From contig NC_086109.1 of NCBI RefSeq assembly GCF_963921235.1, positions 24,864,001 through 24,928,000 on the forward strand: DNA of 64,000 bases. Reading direction: 5' to 3'. Positions 12,772-24,395 of the stretch are shown in pieces (position 1 is the first letter of the stretch; each line of letters opens with the position of its first letter). The notes beneath the pieces are model-generated. The model worked only from the letters and a program-made list of their open reading frames with translations, had not been told where the DNA came from and did no database searches. The translations under genes and the position numbers were made by a program. The stretch is from Mobula hypostoma (lineage: Eukaryota).

Positions 12772-12827
12772 TGTTGTGACCTACTGAAGGTTCATTGGCT
12801 AAAATGAGCCTTCAGTAAGTCACAACA
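12772..12827. repeat. Near-perfect 25-bp hairpin, 6-nt loop
   Basis: tgttgtgacctactgaaggttcatt-ggctaa-aatgagccttcagtaagtcacaaca; one C:A mismatch, one G:U pair. Confidence 0.9.
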
Positions 12828-13469
12828 CTAAAATAAAATATCAAAGCCATATGTCCCAGCCCAGAAAGCTTTTCCCCACTTTTTATTGTGCTTCCATCTC
12901 CTCTCAAACCATGCTGACCCAATCATGGCAACTCACAGAGGAAATCATAGAAAGATAACCCACTTAAAAAGGTCCTTTAGCCAACAAAGTCTTATTTACA
13001 CTAACCCTTGGTGTTTTATGTTGTTTTGCCAATAACCTGTTATCGCAGAGTCACTTCTTTGTAGAGCAGGCCTTCCCATTCTGAGACTTCTGAGCCCTCG
13101 ATTAGCGGTAGAGATCTGTTGTTGCATGAATGAAGTCACCAGAGAAAAGTACAGTTGTTATGAAGCGGCCTCGTTATTTGACAAGATACAGCAGGCATCA
13201 TTTTGAGACCCTTTCCGTGGAAAGGTCACCTGGCCCAACACTACACAACATTTTATGTGCTGAAGATCTTTTTAACTACACACCCCCTTCATACCTCCCT
13301 TCCTTGCACCCATACTATAGACACCCAGATACACACAAGTAACAAATTTAAATCAGTGTTGTCTATCCATTGTTCAGAGTTGCATTTTAGATTTAATCTT
13401 TAATGCATATTCGCATCTGAAGTTGCTGACTTTAGTCAATATTCTCTTTATGTCCTAACTCAAAAACAC

Positions 13470-13510
13470 CCTAATAAGGTCCACGGCATAGAAAAGGTTG
13501 GGAACCCCTG
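13470..13510. mobile_element. hAT/Charlie-type MITE terminus
   Basis: ggtccacggcatagaaaaggttgggaacccctg, same terminus type as the 30205-30285 MITE. Confidence 0.55.
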
Positions 13511-13914
13511 TTGTAAGGCAAAGAGTTAACCATGTGCATTAGTGGAATAAAATCTAACACAGGTCATTTGATGGGTATGACCTTACCTGTCGCTACCTGT
13601 GGAAACTAAACAGGTGTATTTATCTTTTGGCCACCTACCGCTATTCGTGTTGTCTCCAGCTGCTGCCAGTTACTGGACTAAATAAATAAAATAACACACA
13701 CCTTGAGTGGAAACTAATGTTGTTAGCTGTTTGGGATGTCAGCAAAGGACTGGAAGACAAAGGCAAGGGAAAAGCAGAGGGGCAAATGGAGATCATTATT
13801 TCATTCTGTAAATCCCGTCTTCTTCTTTGAGCCCCTGCTTAAAACCCAATTATTTTACAAAGCTTTTGGTCTCCTTGTCCAACATTTCACCTGTTCTACT
13901 TCTCATTCCATCAG

Positions 13915-14265
13915 CATACACCAATTGTAAGATCAAGGTTCAACTCCCGCCGCTGCCTGTGAGTTCTCTCCGTGATCCTGGGGATTTCCTCCAGGTGCTC
14001 CAGTTTCCTCCCAAAGTCCAAAGATGTATGGTTAGGGGTAGTGAGTTGTGGGCCTTCTATGTTGGCGCTAGAGTCATGGCACCACTTACTAACCCTAAGC
14101 ATATATCTTTGGAATGTGGGAGGAAACTGGAGCATCTGGAGGAAACCCACTTGGTCACGTGAGGATGTGTAAACTCCTTACAGACGGTGACAAGAGTCGA
14201 ACTCGGATCGGTGATTGCTCGTGCTGAAAAGTGATTGCACTAACTGCTCTGCTAACATACCACCA
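13915..14265. mobile_element. Two tRNA-derived HE1/V-SINE-like copies in inverted, tail-to-tail arrangement
   Basis: Plus copy (B-box ggttcaactccc; core tttcctccaggtgctccagtttcctccca) followed by its reverse complement (tgggaggaaactggagcatctggaggaaa). Confidence 0.8.
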
Positions 14266-14489
14266 GTTTCATAGCACTGGTTGCCATGTCTTTAGATTTT
14301 TAAGACCGGAACACAAAATCTAACGCCAGAAGGGCTATTTTGAAGTTACCTCTTTGATCATGCATTTTCACAGCTCCTGTCATGATAAGGTATAAAAAAT
14401 TTGTTTAATAAGGGTCTTGCAATGCATGTCCAGATGTTGACTGTGCTACATAAATATTGACTATTCTTTTTGAATTTGTTCTCAAAATA

Positions 14490-14720
14490 TTCTCCTCTCC
14501 CCACCCACCTATATTTCCCCTCACCTGGTTTCACCTATCCCCCTCCCTCCCACCACCTTCTTATTCTGGTATAATACCCCCACCTAATGAAGGGTTTCAG
14601 CCCAAACCATTGACTGTTTATTCCTCCTCATAGACGTGCCTGACCTGCTGAGATTTTCCAGCATTTTGTGTGCATTGCTCTGGATTTCCAACATCTGCAG
14701 AATCTCTCGTGTTTATGATT
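14490..14720 (+). mobile_element. Penelope-like 3' terminus
   Basis: ctaatgaagggtttcagcccaaaccattgactg (decayed hammerhead) followed by the family terminus. Confidence 0.7.
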
Positions 14721-14777
14721 TGCAGCTGAGTGCCCAGTTCATGCAGATGGTGTCGAGTGGATGGGAAGCCAAATTTT

Positions 14778-15110
14778 ATACTTTATTGTCTCCAAACAAT
14801 TGATACTAGAATGTACAATCATCACAGCGATATTTGATTCTGCGCTTTCCGCTCCCTGGATTACAAATCGACAGTAAATATTTTTTTTAATTCAATTATA
14901 AATCATAAATAGAAAATAGAAAAATGGAAAGTAAGGTAGTGCAAAAAAACCGAGATGCAGATCTGGATATTTGGAGGGTACGGCCCAGATCCGGGTCAGA
15001 ATCCATTCAGCAGTCTTATCACAGTTGGAAAGAAGCTGTTCCCAAATCTGGCCGTATGAGTCTTCAAGCTCCTGAGCCTTCTCCCAGAGGAAAGAGGGAC
15101 GAAAAGTGAG
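14778..15110 (-). mobile_element. Rex1/Babar-like LINE 3' end
   Basis: Minus strand reads SLFPLGEGSGA*RLIRPD / NSFFPTVIRLLNG across frames. Confidence 0.6.
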
Positions 15111-16111
15111 AATGTGAGAAATGTGAGAATTTAGTTCTCACATGACCACCTTTCACCAATAACTGCTACCCCAATAAATGCAAATGTTAGGCTATCCTGT
15201 CCAGACATGGGAAAAGTGTTACATTGACTCATCACTGCTGAATATGATTGTGTTTGTGTTTCATACCCTACCACCATGCTTGCTATGACCATCAGCCAAG
15301 TAAAGGCAAAATATTCATACCACAGATGGTTACACTAGTTATACATGAGAGGAGTAAACATCCATTCAATATGACAGAAATGTCAACAGCACTCAAGGCG
15401 AGAAAGCAAAGAGGGAGGGAAGAAAAGGGCTGAATACATTAGACACACATGTTACATTACAGGGATTTTCTAGTGTTTGACATGCATTATTATGGTAATA
15501 GGTTTATTCTCCAAGAAATCCATTGAAATTTAAATTGGAGCAGAGGAGAAAAATAGAACCAAAGTTCAGCCAAAGGCAGAAGAATTTAGTAATCCTTTTC
15601 CAGATAGTTACAGGGTAATTTGTAATAAAGTTGTGCATCTGCTCTAACACAGGTGGTCTTGAAATTTAGGCAGTATATATGATCCGCTAGTATTTCTCAT
15701 CTGCTGTCAAAGCTATTTTTCTGCATACTTAAAAATCCTATTGTTCATTAAAGTAATTTAATCTTGTGTTTGTTTGTCTGGCAATTGCTTCATTCCACTG
15801 AGGGAAGTCAAGCAGTAAATACCTGGCCAATAAGAACTGCTCAGATTGGGCTCACCGTGTGTGGCTAATCAGAAACACATTTACCCCTCTCACCATCCCA
15901 GTACAGTATGTGCATTCTGAATGGAAATTCTGAAACTGTCTGTCTTTCTCTGTCTCACTGTCTCTCTCCTCAGATTTCTCCTTTCTTCTTCCTATATTCC
16001 TCTAACTTTCTGCAACTTATTTTGCTTCTTCAATGCTTATCTTTCTTTTCACTTACATCTTTCTGTTTGTGCCTTTCTATAACACCTTTTACTCAACTGT
16101 TTTACTCTGCA

Positions 16112-16245
16112 GAACAGTAGCATAGTAGTTAGCTTAGCGCTATTACAGCATCTGTGATTCGGGTTCAATTCCTGATGATGTTTGTAAGGAGTTTGTACAT
16201 TGGGCCAGAAGGCCTTTTTACCATGCTGTATCTCTAAAATAAAAA
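16112..16245 (+). mobile_element. Internally deleted tRNA-derived SINE
   Basis: A/B-box head (agtagcatagtagttagc...gggttcaattcct) joined directly to a tail (gctgtatctctaaaataaaa). Confidence 0.6.
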
Positions 16246-16249
16246 AAAA

Positions 16250-17780
16250 TGTCAGATGCAGCCTTCTGGCAATGCCATATCACATCACCCTAGTATTGCA
16301 GTCAGTCCTGTGGACTGCTTCTCTGGGTACAACACTCCATAAGCATTGGCAGTCAGACGTGGCACCACTACCTCAATGGTGCCACTCTCACTGTGCAGCT
16401 CTCCCTTAGTTTTGTCGCTTGACAGTGCAGTGTTCTTTCAGCCCTGGCAGTCTCCTTTCTCTCTATAAACTTCTACCCCAGCTTTAATTGCCTTCGGTGA
16501 AGTAAATTGCCACCGACGCTGGTAGGATTGTTCAGAAGGTGTGTGATGTGTTGGCCTTCATCAGTCAGGGGGATTGAGTCCAAGAACCTCAAAGTAATGC
16601 TACAGTTCTATAAAACTCTGGTTAGACCACACTTAAAATATAGTGTTTTGCTCTGGTCACGTCATTATAGGAAGGATGGGGAAGCTTTAGAGAAGGTACA
16701 GAAAAGGTTTACCATGATGCAGCCTGGACTAGAAGGCATGTCTTATGAAGATAGGTTGAGCAAGTGAAGGAATAGATGGAGTGGACAGCCAAAGACTTTT
16801 TCCCAGGGTGGAAATGGCTAAATGGCTGATAGGAGAGGGCATAATTTTAAGGTGTTTGGAGGCAGGAATGGGGGGGTGGGATATCAGAGGAAAGTTCTTT
16901 ACACAGAGAGTGGTGGGTGCATGGAACAGCCTGCCAGAGGTGGTAGTAGAGACAGATACATTAGGGGCATTTAACAAACTCTTACATAGGCACATGGATG
17001 ATAGGAAATTGGAAGGTTACGTGTAAGGGAAGAGTTAGATTGATCTTAGAGTTGGTTAAAAGGTTGGCACAACATTGTTGGATGAAAGACCCGTACTGTG
17101 CTGTAATGTTCTATACTCTAAGTACAAAATCTGCGGAAAGTGCTCCTAGCAGCCCACCAGGAGATGGCATAAGGGCTGGTCCACTCTTTCTGCTTCGTTA
17201 CCTGCTCTCCAACAGTGCAGTATTCATTCTGTGCTGGCCATCAAACGCTGCACTCTTCCCCTGCTAGTTACCTGACACTTTGATAGTACACTGCTCCCTT
17301 GTTGTCATCAGTCTGATGTAATGTATCATTTCCTCAGTACCAAATTTAGACAATACATCACTCCCTCAAAAATAACTCTCCAACAGAATAGAGTTCCCTC
17401 ACCACTCTCCCTCTGCTGGCACAATATTGCTTTTACTATCGACCCTACAAAAGTACAGTGCTGTCTCAGGACAGATCCTTTGATAGTGCAGCATTGCCTC
17501 GCTACTCACCCACCAATAGCTTAAGACTCCCTCAGAACCAAACCTCCAACAGAAAGGAATCCCCTCCCTCCTCTCCATCAAATGGTGTAGCAGTCCCTCA
17601 CTATGCACCCTCCAGCAGTTCTGTGCTCCCTCAAAACCTCCCATCCACTGATGCAGAAATCTGTCCGCAATTGAAACCCAGTTTTTCTGAGACAAGCCAG
17701 CTTAAGTCTTGGAGTGAGGCTCAAACCAATAACCTGCTTCAGATGAGGGATTTGTCGATGGAACCAAACCAACTGTGAAT
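16250..17780. repeat. Degenerate ~32-bp minisatellite ending in a reversed DeuSINE-like head; split by a CR1 insertion
   Basis: Units such as ctccaacagtgcag, ttgatagtgcagcattgcctc, gtagcagtccctcac; SINE head-like aagtcttggagtgaggctcaaacc near 17705-17730. Confidence 0.5.
16540..17115 (+). mobile_element. CR1 LINE 3' fragment
   Basis: VMLQFYKTLVRPHLKYSV...LEKVQKRFT and KFFTQRVVGAWNSLP motifs. Confidence 0.85.
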
Positions 17781-18539
17781 CTCGGCCACTCTGACAGGAA
17801 TACAGCAGCTTTGGTTTAGGATGTGCAGTGATCAAGGTGGCCACTTGTATCCAACAAAGGAAGGAGGGAAAAGGAGACACGCTCCTCTCTCTCAGTCATT
17901 GCTGGAAAATGTGCATGTGTCCATGCTAAGTAAAAGCCAACTGCAGCACTGCCTGGTACTTTTTACTACATTAAAGGCGCTATCTTAAAGCAAGTTATTG
18001 TTGTTGGCTGTGATTTCCGCCCTCTGGTAATAATTCAGTTAGATTGATGTGCTGGGGATTTTATTTCCTATTTCTTTAAGTTGAAGTCTTGGCTTGTTCT
18101 TTGTTGGGCTTTATCCAACTTTGATTTTAAACTAATTCAAATGCCGTAGCTGGTTTACTCATCCTGGAATAGTATCTTCTGGAATGTCCGTGGAATGTGT
18201 CTGCAGAGTGCCAGTGACATCATCAGGCATCACAGTTTACCAGGTTATTGTCTCCTGTTTACTTAACACACAGACCGATCAGCAGTGAGAGATGTTTTTT
18301 TTATCAAATTAGCAGATGAATTTCATCACAATGCTATAAAAATCTTTTAGCCTTTATTTCTGTTTCACATAATAATTATTCCAGATTGAGGAACTGTAAG
18401 TGAACTTCTTAACTCTTGAAGTCCTACAGGCTCTTTGCAAACTTTCAAAGCAAGAAAGTGACTTGTGGAATCGTAAAATCAGCGCGGCATTGAAGAAAGC
18501 TCTGCAACTTTTTGAGTTTCAAATGATCACTACACACTG

Positions 18540-18745
18540 TGTAAATAGCATTTCCCCACACCTCCTGAATCTCCTGCCACTCGCTTTAAATATGAGTCGT
18601 CTGGTCCAAGATCCATCCACTAATAAGAACAATATTGCTCAATTCACCACATTAAATCTCAGCATGATCTTATACACCTCTATCAAATCCTCTCTCAACC
18701 TCCTTTTCTCCAAGGTAAGCAATCATTGCTTCTTCACCCAAGTCT
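18540..18745 (-). mobile_element. Degraded CR1 fragment
   Basis: atgatcttatacacctctatcaaatcctctctcaacctcct is the reverse of LRGDLIEVYKIM. Confidence 0.6.
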
Positions 18746-18869
18746 AGTCAGTCCCCTGTTCATTGGCTTCACTTGTTATTCATTTGGTGCAGTTCTTGAC
18801 TAACAGGGACTGCAAGCAACCCTACGGAAGTGTATTCTGAGTTGCTGTGTTTTCACAGTAGTTTTGGGG

Positions 18870-19352
18870 GATTTAGTATGCCACCAAAGACTCCAATCAA
18901 TTTGCATTGTAATGTGGAGAGCATGCTGACTGATTGCATCACCCCTTAGTAGAGGGGATCCAATGCACAGGATCAAAAGAGGCCGCAGAGGGCTTTAGAC
19001 TCAGCTAGCTCCATCGCAGGCACAAACTTCCTCACCACTGAGGACATCTTCAAAAGGAGGTATCCATCGTCACCATCCAGGACATTCCCTCCTCTCATTA
19101 CTACCATCAGGGAGGAGGCACAGGAGCCCGAGGACCCACACACAATATTTTAGAAACAGCTTCTTCCCCATGGCATCAAATTTCTAAATGACCCGTGAAC
19201 CCATAAACACCTACGTCACTATTTCTGCTTGGCACTCTTTCTTTATTTTTTATTGTAACTTACAGTAATTTTTAAGTCTTGCACTGTACTGCTGCCACAA
19301 AATAACAAATTTCATGACATATGTCAATGATAGCAAACGTGATTCTGATTCT
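18870..19352 (+). mobile_element. Rex1/Babar-like LINE 3' fragment
   Basis: SLLPSGRRHRS...FRNSFFP coding remnant; gattctgattct tail. Confidence 0.75.
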
Positions 19353-20159
19353 CTCCAAGTTTCTTCCTATGTTCCAAAGGCATGCTGGTTGGTAGTTAAA
19401 TGGCCACTGTAGATTGCCCCTGTTGTGATGTTGTAATATGAACAAAGTCACTGGAAAGGCACAGAAGAAAGTGGATATAGAAATTCAACAAAAATGAGTA
19501 ATAAGCATGGTATTGAGACACTCTAGGAGCAAGAGGCATCGCGATTCAATATCACATGTTATTTTTATATGCTAAAGATCAAAGGTAACAGCAGGATAAT
19601 TCTATAGTTACAAAGTATCTACAGTGCTTCCTTTAAATTATATATAGTTTTCACACACCTCCTTCTTCTCACCCACACTCCAGACACCCAAAAATGAGTG
19701 TTAATCAACATTGCCTGGCTTGCAATCAACTCCAGGAAAACTATTCTTCAGGGCTGCATTTTAAATTCAATCTACAAACCATGTTCTTATCTGAATTGTG
19801 TCGCTGGTGGAATTAATATTTGCTATATACCCTAGCTCTGGAATACGCCTTCCTGAGTACACCCTGACAGGTGAGTGGCAGTATTTGGAGGGAGTTTGAG
19901 TATGAGGGGAGAATATAATGGGATTGGTGTAGGATTAGTACAAATGACTGCTTGGTGATCAGCAGAAACTGGTTGAACTGAAGGGTCGGTTATACAGCTG
20001 TCTGATTCCATGTCACCAAGAAAGGGTCACAAATCTTTTGGAATTGTTTATTTTTTGGACAAATATAATAAAATCCAGTAAAAAAATGATAGGGTGAATA
20101 TTCTAATTATTTTATATTTTAAAAATTGGACTTTTTAAAAATGTATAATGTTATCAAAA

Positions 20160-21432
20160 ATTACAGATGGATCTTGATCAGCTGTGTAAGTGGGGTGAGA
20201 ACTGGCAATAGTAGTGTATTTCAGATAGGTATAACATGTTACATTTAGGAAAGTGAAATCAAAATACAATTTTTTCAGTGAACGGCAGCACCCAGAGAGT
20301 GGTGTAGATCACAGGGACCATGGAGCTCAATTTCATATTTCCCTAAAAGTGGAGTCGCAGGTGGACAGGATAGTGAAGAAGGCTTTTGGCATGCTGACCT
20401 TCATCAGTCAGGGCATTGCACATAAAAACTGGAAGGTCATGGTGGGGTTATACAAGACACTAGTGAGGACACTTTTGAGACTATGTGTGTGTATGGATGG
20501 GTGTGGGATGGAGGAGCGGAGCTTGTTTCACTGTTGTTGATTTGTTGCTTGTTATGTTCCAATTTGTGGTACTGCATTGTTCTGACAAGCATTGTGGGTA
20601 TGCAATGTTGGCGCCAGAATGTGTGGTGACACTTGTGGGCTGCCCCCAGCATCTGCTTGTATGTGTAGGTTGTTAACTCAAATGACGTATTTCATTGTAT
20701 GCTTCAACACATGTGATAAATAAATCTGAATCCAAATCGTACACACTTGGAGTATTGTGTGCAACACACAAAATGCTGGAGGAACTCAGCAGGTCAGACA
20801 GCATCTATGGGAATGATGTTTCACGCTGAGACCCTTCATCACTCCGCATGCTGAGTTCCTCCAGCATTTTGTGTCTATTGCTTTTGGATTTCCAGCATCT
20901 TCAGACTTTCTCGTGTTTATGAAGTATTATGTTCAGTTTTGGTCGACCTGCTATAGAAAAGTATTAAACTGGAAAGAATGCAGCAAAGATTCACAATGAT
21001 ATTTCCAGGACCTGAGGGAGAGGTTGTACAGGCTAGGAGTTTATTTCTTGGATTGTAAGAAACTGAGAGATGACTACATAAAGGTTTATAAATTCACGAG
21101 GGACATAGATAGGCCAAATGCACTCAGTCTTTCTCTCAGGAGTGGGAATCAGGGGTATGGGTTTAAGGTGAGAGGGGAAAGACTGAATAGGAATTTAAGC
21201 GGTAACGTTTGCTTTTACACAGAGGGTAGTTTGTATGTAGAATAAGCTGCTAGAAGTAGTTGAGTAAAGTACAATAACAACTTGAAAAATAAGCTAGAGG
21301 GTAGAAAAAGGGATAGAAAAGGCTTAGGGGTTATGGGCCAGATGCTAGCAAATGGGACGAGCTTGGATGTGGCATCTTATTTGTCATGGACCAGTTGAGT
21401 TAAACAGCCTACTTCCATGCTAGATGACTCTG
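20160..21432 (+). mobile_element. CR1 LINE 3' fragment with nested SINE tail (~20475-20735) and mini-PLE (20764-20919)
   Basis: VKKAFGMLTFISQG...LYKTLVR and LRDDYIKVYK...FYTEG motifs; reading resumes after each insertion. Confidence 0.8.
20764..20919. mobile_element. Fold-back mini Penelope-like insertion
   Basis: Inverted PLE termini; flanks tggagtattgtgtgca / tgaagtattatgttca. Confidence 0.7.
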
Positions 21433-22071
21433 TATGCATCACGTTTCATTAGCTATAAAGTAAATAATCTGTGTACACCTATAAAAGCCTTTTAGTTTAC
21501 TGGCTGAAATGGTTGGTTCATGTGATGGGACCTCCATGCTGGGCAACGTAATCTACAGGTCCAAGTTATGTTGTAACCATTTGTGGTCATAGTCTTGACA
21601 AATTCAAAGGACATAAAAGATAAATAATTGAAACTAGTTTAATCTAGTGATGTATTTTAACTTATCTGAAGCATGTCAGTCAGTATCTGTTCAACATACA
21701 ATTACTGAGATATGGATTAAAGATCTGTCTGGAGTAGAGTGTCAAGACTCAGTTTTTCTCCTTGCCCCTGCTGGACTTGAGAAATAGTACTAGCAATAGG
21801 ATGAATAAACCAAATTAATGCCTTGCAGGTGAGACAGCACACAAACCCATCATCTTAAATAGTTTCTGCCGAGAGGAAAATTCAGTGCAGGACCACATTT
21901 CATGAAATGAAAATTTGCCTCAAAGCAAGCTGGGTATCATAAAATCAGGGCAGTACAGTATGGATGAAACTTTTCAGCCCAGTGAGTTCATGTCAACCAC
22001 AATGCCCTCTCAGCTAATCCTAGTTTCCTACATTCAGCTCAATTGTCTCCGAGCCCCACACTTCAATCTAC

Positions 22072-22450
22072 TCATCATCCGCATAATGTGCTGTGCTGTA
22101 TGACGTGGGCGATCATGGTCTATCCATGGTCATGAATGCTCTTGGCAATTTTTTCTACAGAAGTGATTTGCCATTGTCTTCTTCTGGGTGGTGTCTTTAC
22201 AAGACCAGGTAACACCAGCCATTATCAATACTCTTTCGCGATTATCTCACTGGTGTCAGTGGTCACAGAGACAGGACTTATGATATCCACCAGCTACTCA
22301 TACGACCATCCACTACCTGCTTCCATGGCTTCACGTGACCCTGATCAGGGGGCTAAATAGGTGCTACACCAAGAGCTATCTCCGGGTTGGTGGAGGGAAG
22401 GAGTGCCCTACACCTCCTTTGGTAGAAACAGATCTCCACCCCATCACCTA
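22072..22450 (-). mobile_element. RTE-related SINE-like element
   Basis: Reverse of the RTE motif gaag(a/g)caatggcaaa(t/c)cact; (GAT)n tail; second copy at 36192-37885. Confidence 0.6.
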
Positions 22451-23284
22451 CTTTCCAACATAGGGCAGCCAAACCTGTACACAGTACTCCAAGTGTGGCC
22501 AAGCACACAACTTATACAACTGCAACATAATATCCTAGCTCCGACACTCAATGCCTGGACTGATGCTGTTAATAGATGATTGCCGTTCAGATTAATACTT
22601 AATGAAACAACTCAACAAAATATTACATTTTACCATACTTCTCTCTCTTACACCAAGCATGACTGAGATTCCTTTGCATCATCAATGGCTTATTGCATCA
22701 TAGTGTTTGAATAGTATTAGTTCCCTGTCTACTTTTTAAAGATGTAAACCCAATTTTTTCCCCCAGGTTAAAGTCTTTCTTGTTTATATTGCACTGCGAT
22801 CCATTAAAGACTATTTAAGCGAGGTGCCCTTAATGAGTCTGAAGAGAATGAACCATCTGTCTTATAAACACAAGGTCTTAGAAGAACAGAGGGACATGTA
22901 CGGTCCTCTGAAAGACAGTGTGTACACAGGAGGAAAATAGCATGTACAGAGGCAGAGAGAAAATTTTCAATGAAGTAATTACCACATTAATGCCAATGTA
23001 TGATTCCATCTGCCAGGGCATGTTACTCGGTGATTATAATACTGTCTCCTCTCTGCCACCTAACTCCCTTATGGATCACATTTGATATTACAAGGATCTG
23101 AAGTAGTTTTCTCTTCAGCGTGGCTTGACACTAGCTAGCCCATAGTGCAGTGTGCTCTGTCAAGAAATACTTCTGGCCTAGAAATTCCTGAGTTCCATTT
23201 AGTGATGTTAACAAAATATGAGCAATTTGCTTAAATCTGTTTTTTCAAAAACCCCAAAGTAAAGTTAAAATAAAATAATTAAAG

Positions 23285-24025
23285 AGATCACAAGTGATTG
23301 TAGATGCTGGAATCTGGGGTAATATACCAAGCACTAGACTAACCCAACAGGTTAGGCAGCATCTATGGAGGGAAATGGACAGTCGATGTTTCAGGTTGAG
23401 ATCCTTTACCTAAATGGAAAGAAAGAAATGAGATGAACTCACTAGGCCAGTATGAAAAAAAATTGAAGGAAGGGACAAAGCAAGAAATGGTGAGTGATTG
23501 GTGGATCTGGATGAGGAGGATAATAGATGGATGCAGTGGGCAATGATATCAGAACCTGGGAGTAGATAGGTAGAAGTGACAAACAGTGAAGGTGATGGAG
23601 TCTGATAGGACAGGAAGGTGAAGCACAGAATAAAGGGAAGGACTTGGGGATAGGAACCAGTGGAGTCTGCGAGGGATGGCCAACAGATGCAGAAATGAGA
23701 CGGGAAAGACTGAGGTGGTTGGAGTCACTTGGAACAGGAAGAGAGCAAAAAAGAAAAATGAGGGAAAAAGGGACAGAGGGGGAATAATTACTGAAAGCTT
23801 GAGAATTTGATGTTCATGCCCCCAGGCTTGAGATAACCAGTGGAATGAGGTTCCCTTCCTCTGATTTTGTTTTGACTATAACCTGGCAGTGGAGGAGGCC
23901 ATGGACAGATATGTCAGTGCAAGAACGGGAAGCAGAGCTGAAATAGCTGGCCACCAAGAGATCGTAGCTGGCACAATAGATAAGCAAACATGCTCAACAA
24001 AGCTATCCACCAATCTGCGTCTAGT
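23285..24025 (-). mobile_element. Penelope-like 3' fragment, degraded
   Basis: gcagcatctatggagggaaatggacagtcgatgtttc terminus; ttgatgttcatgcc (GMNI) C-terminal remnant. Confidence 0.7.
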
Positions 24026-24039
24026 CTCATATTTTTTGA

Positions 24040-24395
24040 CTCAGCATTGCTCGGTGTCGGAGGGCTGGTCGGAGCTCGAAGTTTTCAGACGACTCAAAGT
24101 CGGACTGTGGTTGGGTAAGGTTTTCTTCCTTCTCCCATCTGCGTGAGACGTGGGACCTTCGAGAGACTTTGAACTTTCTGCCGTGCTCATGGCCTGCTCT
24201 TCATCAAGTTACGGTATTGCTTGCACTGTTGTAACTATATGTTATAATTATGTGGTTTTTATCAGTTTTTCAGTCTTGGTCTGTCCTGTGTTTCTGTGAT
24301 ATCACACTAGAGGAATATTGTATCATTTCTTAATGCATGCATTACAAATGACAATAAAAGAGGACTGAGTGACCTCATAATCTAATAATCTAATT
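24040..24395 (+). mobile_element. Non-autonomous element with (CTAAT)n tail
   Basis: Homologous to the minus-strand copy at 45641-46305 and the fragment at ~40990-41080. Confidence 0.65.

Larger units (their letters stand above)
12605..13591. repeat. Long-range inverted repeat: arms 12605-12695 and 13518-13591
   Basis: 44/49 match in the core plus ctaatg and a 15/15 block tggttaactctttgc. Confidence 0.9.

Noticed and set aside
22767..22940. Acceptor followed by a ~57-codon open frame
   Set aside because: No recognisable homology and no good donor
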